64,000 nucleotides of DNA. Origin: Macrostomum hystrix. Its lineage: Eukaryota; Animalia; Platyhelminthes. Position 1 is the stretch's first letter. Every line of letters begins with the position of its first letter. Below the pieces are notes generated by a model. It worked only from the letters and a program-made list of their open reading frames with translations. It was not told the DNA's origin and ran no database searches. The position numbers were made by a program, and so were the translations under genes. Positions 37,216 through 49,577 of this stretch are shown one piece after another. The stretch covers positions 19,344,001-19,408,000 of the forward strand of contig CATNEN010000039.1 in the NCBI GenBank assembly GCA_950097015.1, written 5' to 3'.

Positions 37216-39547
37216 TCATATGTACCTGTTGTGCCTAGATGACGTCGTCAGGCCATACCACATTATGCAGTTCAGGTAAACGACAATGAAAACCGATATA
37301 GTTATCATTATGCAGATTAGCAGCTTGTCTTGAACTAAGACTGGTGTCAATAATGAGGCGATGAAGGTAAATGCGATTAATTACATATGTCAGTAGAAAG
37401 ACCACAGTGTATTTCAAATACCAAATTTTTAATTTGTCTGTATCTCCCAAAATATTTAACCGATCGCCATGAAAATCCAAAATTCGGGCTAATTCGGGCT
37501 AAACTTTCCGCTCTATCCGATGAAACAACTTCCAGAATCACAAAAGCAGCGTCGTGCAGATATTCAACTATTCTCATCGGGATGTCTAGTTTTTTTATCG
37601 CATTGCCAGGCAACTGGTCTGGTGGCGAAAACCACCAATAACACAATAACAGGCAAACATTTTCTGCTCTCAAAATTTCATCATGAAGTCATACCGGCTA
37701 TTAGTGTTGACAATATGTATTGATTATATTAGTAGTTCATAATTTTTTTAAACCAAAATGGATTCGCCAAAGAGGTTTATACAGTCCAATATTAGTTGTC
37801 CTTGTCACACAGGTTGTTCGATAATCATCGTTGAATATCTCGACGATGATGACGTCGGACGGACTTTGAAAGTTAGTTTATCGTATAGGGCGGAAAATTT
37901 TTATTCAGATGGTGGACTTTCACGAAATCGGTCATTCGGTTTGGGAGCGATCGTGAAATAGCAATGGGTACTTGAAATACCCCCTTTCTACTTTTTAATC
38001 ATGCACATGATCGCACCAAAACTTACATGAATATCCCCAGCCTGAGTTAGTCATAAAATCCTGATCGTCACTTTGCTTACTGCCAAATTTAATCCACGAA
38101 CGCAGGAACATGTACGCGTGCACTGAACCAGTCGATTAGGTAGGCTTAGTTATATATACTCTGTGTATAAGTAATCAAGGACGCAGGTTGATAAACTTAC
38201 CTCGACTGTTGCATGGTAAGTCATTTATGCCAAATTTTGCCGGACACCGATAAATCCATAGCGTCAGAGGATGCTTGTTTTTCTGAAGCAGGATGCTAGA
38301 AACGTTCAGCCCGCGACTCCGGTTGTTAGCACCCACTAGTTGTTGCACCTGATTAATTTCGCTCGCGTTTGTGAGGAATTCAATCTCGGACTCGGACTCC
38401 ATAAACGAATTCATGTTCACGTAGGATCGATGCAAAAATCTGGCACTGATGTGGCTTTTTGATGCGGCAGAGGACGCCTGCCCAGCTGATGAAGCTAAGC
38501 ACAACATGCGGGTGTTCAGTTGCACCAGCAGCTGCATGCCGTTCGGTCGCTCCATATATTGATCCAATAGATCTTTCACCTTCTGCCAGTCTGGACTTGG
38601 AGGCTAATTTTAAATTACAGAGGATAAATAATTACTTAAAAGCTATCCTTCAAGTTAAATAAGAGCAACCCGGTGATAGATGCTCACTTACCGGACCTGT
38701 CAGCAGCGATTGATGTTCGTCGAACCTGAAAATGTTTATCATCATTGCTGTAACGGTAGAAAGATCACAGGGCTATTTCAAATTCACACACTTTTCTTTT
38801 TCCTGTATCTACTAAAATATTTAACCAATCGCCATGATGATCCAGAACACGGGCTAAAACTCTCCGCTCTATTCGATGAAACAATTTCTAGAGTTATGAA
38901 ACATCGACATCGTCGAGATATTCAGCGATTCTCGTCGGTGTGTCCAGTGGCAAGAAACACCAATATAGGCATAATTTCTTAGCTTACAAAATTTCATAAT
39001 GTAACCATGTCGGATATCTTTTTTATAGGATTAGGCAGAGCAATGTCTGTTGTCCTTGTCACCAGGGTCTCCGACAAGAATCGCAGAATTTCTCCCGGAT
39101 GCTGACTTCGGACGGCTTTCAAAGTTAGTTCATCGTATAGGGTGGAAAACGGATTGACCATTAATGTGGCCTGTGCATGGTCAATCCATGGCATCAAAGA
39201 AACAATAAAACAATAAAACAAGAAGTAAGCCACCTTATGAACAGTATCTTGCCAAGGGAGTCAATGACGGCCTCCACGTAACAAAAACCAGTCTTGTCGA
39301 GCCACATCTCCTTCAGTCTCTCCTTACTAGGTCGGTGATGGAGACTGTCGTCCCACAGGCTTTTGGCAGTTTTATCCATCAACGAATGCCATTCGTTGAA
39401 GCGGCAGTCCGAATTCAACTGCTGCTTCTCCGAGTTGCAATTGAATAAGGCTTTATGGCAATCGCTGTGTACCTGACTGCCGCATAGAAGCGGTGCCACC
39501 AGCACTGCGACCACTGCTATAAGATAACTGCTATTCCGTTGTGACAT
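37216..39547 (-). CDS. Orphan type I membrane protein, copy 1 (291 aa); exons 39547-39234, 38725-38692, 38603-38201, 37340-37216
   Basis: Signal peptide MSQRNSSYLIAVVAVLVAPLLCG. Phase-compatible GT-AG junctions (2,0,1) give 876 nt. C-terminal TM LLICIMITISVFIVVYLNCIMWYGL and a short tail. Confidence 0.7.
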
Positions 39548-39715
39548 CTCTAGTTGCAAAGAATTTAAGTCAATTTAAGACACATGTGCTTAGTTTATTA
39601 GTTTTTTAGAATAACAAGTATTTTGGCAGACACCATCAGCTATAGCTCGTATTCCTGTGCAATTTTTTCCAGTCGATGATGGATCTGGACATAGACAAAA
39701 CAGTCGAAAGTCTTA

Positions 39716-41087
39716 AAGCTAGGGACAACTAAGAGGGTTTTAGTCACAGATTCTATATTACCTAGATTGTTCACTCCAAGAGAAATCGTTCGTTCATCGA
39801 AAACCCAGTGTTTTTGCCACAGACGCGAGTTAAATACTGCCGCATTAATATATATTTTTAGTAAACTATGTTATTTGCCTTTAACGCTATGCGAGCCAAT
39901 ATTGAGAAATTACTTTTAATTGGAGAAAACGCGAGTAACAAATTTCTGAGCCGAATATTTATTGAATGCGCGGAACAATAAAACAAATAAAGATAACATG
40001 GTGATTAAACAAGCAAGTATGACAGGCAAGCATGACAGATAAGCATGACAAGCAAACACAGTATTCAAGAAAGCGTGTCAAATAAGTAAAATAATGAAGC
40101 ACAGTGAGTACCCTAACCATGCATCATGTCACAACTTCTTGAGCTTGCGGTTAGCAATAGCGCGATCTCATTCCTTCCGCACAGTCTCCATCTTCTCTCG
40201 GCACCACTGATGCAATCGCATGTGCACAAAAAGCCTTGCCGCTTGTGCATTGCTTTCGGCTCGATGTTCGATACAAAATGGAAGCTGCAAGCTACAAATG
40301 GAAGCTACAAAATCGCTCAAATCTGCCGAGGATTCTTGCCCCAATGGCATCAGCAGCTGCTGCTGTTGACATTTCTCGACGAAAAATCTCCTCTATCTTG
40401 CAGAATATCGCAACACACGCGCTCGACGGCTGAGTAAGGCCGTATCGAGAGTCTTCAAAGTTTTTGTGGGTGAAGATTCGAGCAGGTGACTCGTCTGTTA
40501 CCAACTGATCCTTACAGCTATCGCATGCAAAAATTTGCAGCTTCCGAAAAATCCATCCTCCGATGTAAGGGATTACTTCAGTAGCCTCCACATTGTCGAA
40601 TGCAATTTCTGTTGCAACGTCTCCATCTGCAGAAACTGCCCGATTCTGCTGGGGCTGCTCTGCATGCAGCTGAAGTTGATGCAGCCGTGACCTTCTCACG
40701 TAAGTCACGAATCTCAACTGCCATGGCATCACCATCGTCCTCACAGTTTGTGCCATTCGCAAGCTTGCGTTCCATTTTGCCAGCACTGATGGATCGAAGT
40801 GCACCGAGAAACGCATGCAGTTCCGGCTTCTCGTTGAAGCCATTGCGGCCTCTCACCATGGAGAAAAAACTCTGCAGCAGAAACAAGAAGGCATTAACAC
40901 CATATGTAACAACTGAAAAGCATTTTCAGGCAGATACTCACCTCAACATGATCCTGGGAAAGGCGTCGAAGGCACAAATATGGTCTTACTTTTGGCGATA
41001 GACAACTTGAAAATCGTCTTGAAACGCTTGGATTTTGCCACTGTGGATTAAATCGAGTGCTCGAAGGATCAAATGGTCTGCAAAAAG
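39716..41087 (-). mobile_element. P-element/THAP9-like transposase 3' remnant
   Basis: LSQDHVE|SFFSMVRGRNGFNEKP...NCEDD and YIGGWI...CDSC...GLTQPS motifs; absent from duplicate copy 2. Confidence 0.75.
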
Positions 41088-41215
41088 CTATATTTTCCAT
41101 TTATTTCGGCTCCCGAGGGTGGAAGGCTCGAGGCGCAAATTTAGTGGCCGAGGCGAAGCCGAGGTCAATGAATGTCGCGCCGAGTGCCTTTCCACCCTAG
41201 ACAGCCGAAAGAAAT
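41088..41215. mobile_element. Palindromic non-autonomous repeat with a CCGAGGCGAAGCCGAGG core (Crypton-like); second copy at 44921-45046
   Basis: Imperfect inverted arms TTTCGGCT...AGGGTGGAAGGC / GCCTTTCCACCCT...AGCCGAAA around the core. Confidence 0.6.
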
Positions 41216-41463
41216 AGGAAATATGGTATGCATTCCCACTTGCCCGCCAACTTTGATTGCTCTGTGTCTCTGACTCTGACTCTCTCTTTCTCTCTCGCAC
41301 TCGGTCCATAGTCTATGGTAATAAGCAGACCTGTTTGAAGAGGAAGCGTCTGTGGTAAAAAGTGTACACGAGGCGTGTAAGGCTGAAAAGGCTGTTTTGG
41401 CTGGAAATAAAACTTGATACTTGCTGAGCTATGGCTTGCTCTCGATCTTAACTGAGGCTGAAC

Positions 41464-42050
41464 CATGGAGGAAAGAATAGAATGGAGTGCCAATCTGAGC
41501 CGGTTATTTTTGTTTCGCTCGATCTTCACTTTTAACATCCCGTTCCCCCCCGTTCCTTCCTATTGGCTCGTGACTGCCATAGACGAACTCGTTTTCGTCC
41601 CCCTCTAAAAGTAATATCGTGGACTATGTGACTATAATGCCAGTGGAAACTGCATAAGTATTTTCTGTTCCCTTTGGCTGTCCCTTTTGCTATTTTCTTC
41701 ACATATTGTTTTTGTTGTATGGAACGACTTTTGTATATACACGGTAAAATATACCGTATCTGCACCGTATTGTATCATTGACAGGATTTAGATTAAATCT
41801 TATGACTTGACCTAATATACAGAGGGACGCAGATTGAATCTTTTGCTCAAAGCCTTACATGCGGTTTCCACTGGCATTATAGTCACATAGTCCACGATAT
41901 TACTTTTAGAGGGGGACGAAAACGAGTTCGTCTATGGCAGCCACGAGCCAATAGGAAGGAACGGGGTGGAACGGGATGTTAAAAGTGAAGATCGAGCGAA
42001 ACAAAAATAACCGGCTCAGATTGGCACTCCATTCTATTCTTTCCTCCATG
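41464..42050. mobile_element. P-element-type MITE (587 bp)
   Basis: CATG...CATG termini, ~190-bp TIRs, and a perfect 8-bp TSD GGCTGAAC (41456-41463 and 42051-42058). Confidence 0.9.
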
Positions 42051-42401
42051 GGCTGAACTGAGATCCTAACGGCGCCCTCTGATTTTCATTCATTTCAGTC
42101 ATTCAGTCAGTCATTTCGTTGCTATCGTGTGTTTTGGTATATAAGGTATATTAATTCCAATGGACTGTGTTGCAGTTTATTTTATTTTAGTCGAGGATGC
42201 AGAATCATTGAATGTTTTCTAGTTTATCCGTCAAGAACCATTAAGAACAGATCATTTAATTGTAATCATAGAAGCTTTGAATAGAATTTTTAGGCAAAAA
42301 TTAACAGAACTACAAATAAGTTTTTGAATAAAACATGAATGAAATTGTTGAGATTTTGTTAGATTCATTAGCCGATCCTTGGTATTTGCAGTATTTGCAG
42401 A

Positions 42402-44733
42402 TCATATGTACCTGTTGTGCCTAGATGACGTCGTCAGGCCATACCACATTATGCAGTTCAGGTAAACGACAATGAAAACCGATATAGCTATCATTATGCA
42501 GATTAGCAGCTTGTCTTGAACTAAGACTGGTGTCAATAATGAGGCGATGAAGGTAAATGCGATTAATTACATATGTCAGTAGAAAGACCACAGGGTATTT
42601 CAAATACCAAATTTTTAATTTGTCTGTATCTCCTAAAATATTTAACCGATCGCCATGAAAATCCAAAATTCGGGCTAATTCGGGCTAAACTTTCCGCTCT
42701 ATCCGATGAAACAACTTCCAGAATCACAAAAGCAGCGTCGTGCAGATATTCAACTATTCTCATCGGGATGTCTAGTTTTTTTATCGCATTGCCAGGCAAC
42801 TGGTCTGGTGGCGAAAACCACCAATAACACAATAACAGGCAAACATTTTCTGCTCTCAAAATTTCATCATGAAGTCATACCGGCTATTAGTGTTGACAAT
42901 ATGTATTGATTATATTAGTAGTTCATAATTTTTTTTAACCAAAATGGATTCGCCAAAGAGGTTTATACAGTCCAATATTAGTTTTCCTTGTCACACAGGT
43001 TGTTCGATAATAATCGTTGAATATCTCGACGATGATGACGTCGGACGGACTTTGAAAGTTAGTTTATCGTATAGGGCGGAAAATTTTTATTCAGATGGTG
43101 GACTTTCACGAAATCGGTCATTCGGTTTGGGAGCGATCGTGAAATAGGCAATGGGTACTTGAAATACCCCCTTTCTACTTTTTAATCATGCACATGATCG
43201 CACCAAAACTTACATGAATATCTCCAGCCTGAGTTAGTCATAAAATCCTGATCGTCACTTTGCTTAATGCCAAATTTAATCCACGAACGCAGGAACATGT
43301 ACGCGTGCACTGGACCAGTCGATTAGGTAGGCTTAGTTATATATACTCTGTGTATAAGTAATCAAGGACGCAGGTTGATAAACTTACCTCGACTGTTGCA
43401 TGGTAAGTCATTTATGCCAAATTTTGCCGGACACCGATAAATCCATAGCGTCAGAGGATGCTTGTTTTTCTGAAGCAGGATGCTAGAAACGTTCAGCCCG
43501 CGACTCCGGTTGTTAGCACCCACTAGTTGTTGCACCTGATTAATTTCGCTCGCGTTTGTGAGGAATTCAATCTCGGACTCGGACTCCATAAACGAATTCA
43601 TGTTCACGTAGGATCGATGCAAAAATCTGGCACTGATGTGGCTTTTTGATGCGGCAGAGGACGCCTGCCCAGCTGATGAAGCTAAGCACAACATGCGGGT
43701 GTTCAGTTGCACCAGCAGCTGCATGCCGTTCGGTCGCTCCATATATTGATCCAATAGATCTTTCACCTTCTGCCAGTCTGGACTTGGAGGCTAATTTTAA
43801 ATTACAGAGGATAAATAATTACTTAAAAGCTATCCTTCAAGTTAAATAAGAGCAACCCGGTGATAGATGCTCACTTACCGGACCTGTCAGCAGCGATTGA
43901 TGTTCGTCGAACCTGAAAATGTTTATCGGCATTGCTGTAACGGTAGAAAGATCACAGGGCTATTTCAAATTCACACACTTTTCTTTTTCCTGTATCTACT
44001 AAAATATTTAACCAATCGCCATGATGATCCAGAACACGGGCTAAAACTCTCCGCTCTATTCGATGAAACAATTTCTAGAGTTATGAAACATCGACATCGT
44101 CGAGATATTCAGCGATTCTCGTCGGTGTGTCCAGTGGCAAGAAACACCAATATAGGCATAATTTCTTAGCTTACAAAATTTCATAATGTAACCATGTCGG
44201 ATATCTTTTTATAGGATTAGGCAGAGCAATGTCTGTTGTCCTTGTCACCAGGGTCTCCGACAAGAATCGCAGAATTTCTCCCGGATGCTGACTTCGGACG
44301 GCTTTCAAAGTTAGTTCATCGTATAGGGTGGAAAACGGATTGACCATTAATGTGGCCTGTGCATGGTCAATCCATGGCATCAAAGAAACAATAAAACAAT
44401 AAAACAAGAAGTAAGCCACCTTATGAACAGTATCTTGCCAAGGGAGTCAATGACGGCCTCCACGTAACAAAAACCAGTCTTGTCGAGCCACATCTCCTTC
44501 AGAAACTCCTTCTGCAGTCGTAGATTGAGTCTGTCGTCCATCAGACTTTTGGCAGCTTTATCTATCAACGAATGCCATTCGTTGAAGCGGCAGTCCGAAT
44601 TCAACTGCTGCTTCTCCGAGTTGCAATTGAATAAGGCTTTATGGCAATCGCTGTGTACCTGACTGCCGCATAGAAGAGGTGCCACCAGCACTGCGACCAC
44701 TGCTATAAGATAACTGCTATTCCGTTGTGACAT
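42402..44733 (-). CDS. Orphan type I membrane protein, copy 2 (291 aa); exons 44733-44420, 43912-43879, 43790-43388, 42526-42402
   Basis: Same exon sizes and splice sites as copy 1; reading frame intact. Confidence 0.7.
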
Positions 44734-45077
44734 CTCTAGTTGCAAAGAATTTAAGTCAATTTATGTGCTTAGTTTATTAGTCTTTTTAGAATAGTAAGTA
44801 TTTTGGCAGACACCCTCAGCTATAGCTCGTATTCCTGTGCAATTTTTTCCAGTTGATTGATGGATCTGGACATAGACAAAACAGTCGAAAGTCATATAGC
44901 ATTTCCGACTCATTATTGTATAATATTTCCCATTTCTTCGGGCTCCCTAGGGTGGAAGGCTCGAGGCGCAAATCTAGTGACCGAGGCGAAGCCGTTATCA
45001 ATGAATGTCGCGCCGAGTGCCTTTCCACCCTAGACAGCCGAAAGAAGTATATCGTATTACCCCTATGGATTTATTTA

Positions 45078-45966
45078 TACCTTTTGTCAATTGATTTCGC
45101 AAAAAAGCCAATTGATTTCCCCATTAGCTGAAGTCGAAAGCGAGGGCCCAACCAGCCTTCTCGACCATAGATAAGTCCAAATTAATTCCCTTAAGTCCAA
45201 TTGATTTCCCTCAATTCAATCTGTTTTAAGCATACTCTCCGGGGAAATCGATTGGATTTGTTTCATTCTGTTGTCTGTGGTCGAAATCGAGGGTTCATAG
45301 TTAGTCTTTGCCTACAGCGCAAATCTGGCAGGTACAAGAGAACAGAGGTCATCAACCTATGTAACAAATGAAACAAAGTAGCAAAGAATGAACAAATAAC
45401 CACGTTTCGGGTCATGCGGGTCATGAAAATTATGAAGTTAGCTTTGCCGTATTTGGCGTACGTCACTGGAAGATATCGGCATATTCGAGGCACCGCTGAT
45501 AGTACACCATGACGTAGTGACACCATTGGCGTCACTTGTCCAGATTCAGCACGTAGATGCATCCCAACACTTCCTGTTGCAGCAGAGTCATCCGTCTCCT
45601 GTGAAGGGTAAAACCTTGCTGTGCTGCCGCGGCGCGGTCTCCCATCTGCTGCTGAATGTCAGGCTGCGCGAGCTTCTTTGGTGATGTTCGAATTCCAATC
45701 GTTCTCTTGTACCTGCCAGATTTGCGCTGTAGGCAAAGACTAACTATGAACCCTCGATTTCGACCACAGACAACAGAATGAAACAACTCCAATCGATTTC
45801 CCCAGAGAGTATGCTTAAGACACATTGAATTGAGGGAAATCAATTGGACTTAAGGGAATTAATTTGGACTTATCTATGGTCGAGAAGGCTGGTTGGGCCC
45901 TCGCTTTCGACTTCAGCTTATGGGGAAATCAATTGGCTTTTTTGCGAAATCAATTGACAAAAGGTA
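45078..45966. mobile_element. Non-autonomous IS630-Tc1-mariner element with ~265-bp TIRs and a transposase C-terminal remnant
   Basis: TACCTTTTG...CAAAAGGTA flanked by TA. Internal KKLAQPDIQQQMGDRAAAAQQGFTLHRRRMTLLQQEV matches the C-terminus of the 47116 transposase. Confidence 0.9.
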
Positions 45967-46351
45967 TATTTGTTTAATTTTTTCTTTTTATGTATAAGTT
46001 ATCACCCACTTTTTTATTTATTTTGGCCGGGAACGGCTGAGGACTCGTTTATTGGCCGAGGCGAAGCCAATGTGACGATAAATTGATGAAGACAGTAAGT
46101 CCGTAGCGGCGACAGTTAAAGTTCACTTTCAGTCTTAGAGTCAGTTCCAAATATGTGGTGTAGCGGTAGCACTTTATTCTCGTTATACACTGGGATGCAC
46201 GACAAGCAGAGAGTAAGAAAAGTAAAGGTGCAGGAGCTCAACGATGGCAATAGTAATAACGGCACGGCGAGGCAAAGAACGTAAATAGTACGCGAAGCTA
46301 GGACAGACACGAGAGACCGAGCAGTGGGCAGGACGAACAGGCAGAACAGGC

Positions 46352-46390
46352 TCAGAATCAGAATCAGAATCAGAATCAGAATCAGAATCA
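46352..46390. repeat. (CAGAAT)n microsatellite
   Basis: Six hexamer copies. Confidence 0.9.
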
Positions 46391-46928
46391 GTTGGAGCGC
46401 GTGCGGGCCCAAAGCCCTTAGTTAAATAAACTTAATAAACTGCAGAACAGGGCGATCGATAAATCTAGAACTTAGCCCCTGCCAATGAGCGTGTAATTAC
46501 ACTGGTCTGGGTAGGCGACAATTAGACACTAGCAAAAACAAGCTGGGGGCAGCGCGATGTGCACTAACGCCTACTAATAGTAACACTCTAAGAATTACAG
46601 CTTAACCATACGAAACTGAAAAATGGATGATAGCCAGATGACATCAGTAAAACGGCCCTAGTTAGTACGCACGCAAATTAGCTATGTAAATTAACACGTA
46701 AATTAAATTGCTAGGGGGCGCTTACAACAAGTGACAACGTCACACCAAGGTCAATGAGTGAGATACAGAGTGCTTTTGGCCCTGGACAACTAAATGAGTG
46801 GGGAATATGATATGTATCCCTAATTTGAAGTAAACAGACGAGGTCAGAAAATTTATTGATTATTGATTCGTTCGCTCGTTTAATTATGTTTGTCTATGGT
46901 TGTGTTATACTCGTAGTTCTGTGTTATA

Positions 46929-48405
46929 TACCTTTTTGCTTCCTATTTGGTTTTTTCATCATTCAAATTGGTGCGTGGCCGTCAGCAGTCTGACGTGGCA
47001 GCGTAGTAGAGATTCTGCATATACAAACCATAGAAAGCCATAGACAACAGAAATCAATTTGGTTTTAACTGCGAGCAATTTGGGCCATAGCTGGAAGGCA
47101 TAGCTAAAGCAAAGAATGGCGCAGAGAGGACCATACGCTAAAATCCGTCTGGTGGACAGAGAGAGGATAGTGAATGCATACGTGACGGGTGGCGACTGGA
47201 AGGCGCTTGGTCGAATGATGGGTTTCGCAAAACAGTCGGTTCGAAACATCGTCACCACGTACGAAGAGACCGGAAGAACGCACACTCTGCCGAAAGGAGG
47301 AGTGAAGACGCAAAAACTCACCGAACCTTTGGTGAATAGACTGGTTGAATTTGTCAGTGACTACCCTGCCGCTACGCTGGAGCAGATGAGATCGCACCTG
47401 CTTCAGGGCAACGACGATGATTTCAACATCAGTCTCAGTGCAATTAGTCGTGCTCTGGATGGCCAGTTGATCACACTAAAGCTTCTGCGCCAGGTCCCTG
47501 TTGATTGGAACACGCCTGTCACGAAAGAAAGTCGCAGAATGCACGTGCAGTGGCTTCTGGACGAGGGCAGCCAAGAACATCTTTTGTTCATGGACGAGTT
47601 CGGCGTGAACATCTGGACGGCCAGAACTCAGGGTCGAGCCCCCAGAGGGATACCAGCAGTGACGGTGGTGAATGGTCAGCGAGGCCAAAATCTTACAATC
47701 TGCCTTGTCATCTCGCAACAGCTGGGGTTCGTGCACTACACACTGGTCGAAGGTGGATTCAGAAACGAGCATTTCGTGGATTTTCTCTCGGAGGTCGACC
47801 AGCTGGTAGAAGGAAACTTCGTGCTTCTGTCTGATGGCGCCCGTGCTCATCTGAATGCGCCAGGGATGAGCGATGGCCACATTCACAGATTCCTTCCACC
47901 TTACTCGCCCTTCCTGAACCCGGCCGAAAGAGCGGGCGCTGCCATGAAGGCTGACCTGAAGAGACGCCTGCACGTGGGTGGAATCCAGGTGGAGGTCGCC
48001 AACAGGCAACAGGCTGCAGCGCAGGGCCTCACGTTGCATCAGCACAGGATGCACATCCTGAAACGCGAGGTTGCGCTATCCATGAGCAGCATCACGGCAC
48101 CAAAGTGTCTGCAGTGGGTGAACCACTTGCAGACGTACTTCCAGCGTTGTCTGAATCTCGATGACGTTCACTTTTAGATTGAACACTTGTCATGAGGATC
48201 AAGAACATGTCACATTACGGCTTTTGTGTTCCACGGTTAATTCGTTTAAAGTTTGACGTTCGTGAAATAAACCAAATTGGTCGCGAAAAAAACCAAATTG
48301 CTCGGTGACTTCAGTTCTTAGTCTATGGTGAACATGACTTCTGCTGGGCTATTTGCAACGCACCAAAATGGACGCAGTAAAAACCAAATAGGAAGCAAAA
48401 AGGTA
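46929..48405 (+). mobile_element. Apparently intact IS630-Tc1-mariner transposon (1477 bp)
   Basis: 27-bp perfect TIR TACCTTTTTGCTTCCTATTTGGTTTTT; TA TSD, with the equivalent empty site visible at about 24822; full transposase ORF. Confidence 0.95.
47116..48177 (+). CDS. Transposase, 353 aa, HTH + DDE_3 catalytic domain (DD30E)
   Basis: FMDEFG, LSDGARAH, LPPYSPFLNPAE. Confidence 0.95.
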   Translation: MAQRGPYAKIRLVDRERIVNAYVTGGDWKALGRMMGFAKQSVRNIVTTYEETGRTHTLPKGGVKTQKLTEPLVNRLVEFVSDYPAATLEQMRSHLLQGNDDDFNISLSAISRALDGQLITLKLLRQVPVDWNTPVTKESRRMHVQWLLDEGSQEHLLFMDEFGVNIWTARTQGRAPRGIPAVTVVNGQRGQNLTICLVISQQLGFVHYTLVEGGFRNEHFVDFLSEVDQLVEGNFVLLSDGARAHLNAPGMSDGHIHRFLPPYSPFLNPAERAGAAMKADLKRRLHVGGIQVEVANRQQAAAQGLTLHQHRMHILKREVALSMSSITAPKCLQWVNHLQTYFQRCLNLDDVHF

Positions 48406-48672
48406 TAGTTAATTTATTTGCCTCGATGCAAAGTGAAATAAATAATTTATTGCACTAATTGCAAATAAATGAAAAGCTTAAAAACATAGACAACTGCCCG
48501 GGGCAAGTGGGGGATGCATACAGATATAGATTTAGTCCTTGTGTAAATTCCGTTTCAGCGGTTTGACTTTTGGCCTAAGACAACAAAAGTTGCTGAGTTC
48601 AGCAACTCAAACAAACTTTAGAGCACTTTGGAAGAAGTTTTTGAGGAATTAAATTTGCGCAAAGCTTAAATA

Positions 48673-48774
48673 ATGCTTTCAAACTCAGCGACAATCTTAC
48701 TTCTTATCGGCATAATCGACTTGTCTTTCACATTATCTTCCATCGCAGGACAAAAACAACAACAACAGCAGCAG

Positions 48775-48807
<33 letters not shown>

Positions 48808-48963
48808 AGCAGTCAGATGAAACCAGTTTTCTCCTGCATCAGAACTAAAATTTGTCGGCCGCGGGGCGTCGATTGTGCGACAGCGTGCCCATCTGGCTGG
48901 AGTGAGCCGTGTCAATTAGTGTCAACAAAGTCCGGCTTCTGCTGCGAAGGTTGCTTCTGGTAA
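48673..48963 (+). CDS. Small secreted peptide precursor: signal peptide, poly-Gln spacer, 8-Cys C-terminal domain (96 aa)
   Basis: MLSNSATILLLIGIIDLSFTLSSIAG; Q-run; CIRTKICRPRGVDCATACPSGWSEPCQLVSTKSGFCCEGCFW*; ATTAAA about 95 nt downstream. Confidence 0.7.
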
Positions 48964-49577
48964 CGCCTTACGAGAGTAACGCCTGGTAACGCCTTCTCGT
49001 AGCACTCGCCTCAAGTTTATTTTGCTAATAATTTAACTAATTTGCACTATGTAGAAAATTAAAATAATATACTTTAACTGTAGAATTTGTATGCACGATA
49101 CTTTTTCTTGTTATTGGCTTTTTAATTTATCTTGAACAATGAGGGATTTTTTCGACCATCCAACTAATAAAAACTTGAAATCAACAATATAAGAAAAGTT
49201 TGAGCATTGTACCAGCTCAAACTAAGTAGTCAGCCAAAAAGCATAAATTAGTGGCTCGATTCAAGGTCAAATTGAACTGCCAGCCAATGGAAGTGAAGTA
49301 GAGGCTAGCTTCAAGGTCAAGTTGAACAATTTGAAGGTGAAGTACTTCAATAGAGGCTCGATATAAGGTCAAAGTGAACTATAAGCCAATTTATATTTTT
49401 AATCTTTTAGCTGAGAATTTTCTCTTTATGATATTTACTTGCTACTTACTCTTGGTAAAATTTAATTGATAGAATTACATTAACTTGCAACTGTGATTAT
49501 AACTCAGCAATGACAGTTAAGTTCAATCAATGGACAGTGGACAGTCAGGTTAAAGCAATCTAGAAGCCGATCAATCG

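Larger units (their letters stand above)
36926..45046. repeat. Tandem segmental duplication: 36926-39712 (+41088-41215) versus 42112-45046, offset about 5186 bp
   Basis: Near-identical exons, introns and flanks; copy 1 carries an extra ~1.37-kb insertion upstream of its gene. Confidence 0.95.

Noticed and set aside
37216-39547. RAMP-like identity for the duplicated membrane protein
   Set aside because: Only superficial (Cys/Trp-containing ectodomain, TM, short tail); length and Cys spacing do not fit.
39317-44565. Diversity-generating retroelement (TR/VR pair) as the cause of the hypervariable patch, given an RT nearby
   Set aside because: The differences are not adenine-specific (C/T, G/T and T/G changes are present), both copies are whole intron-containing genes, and the nearby RT is an ordinary LINE RT.
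46159-46729. Possible solo LTR (TGT...ACA with AATAAA on the minus strand)
   Set aside because: No matching TSD, no second LTR and no internal gag/pol; not supportable by eye.
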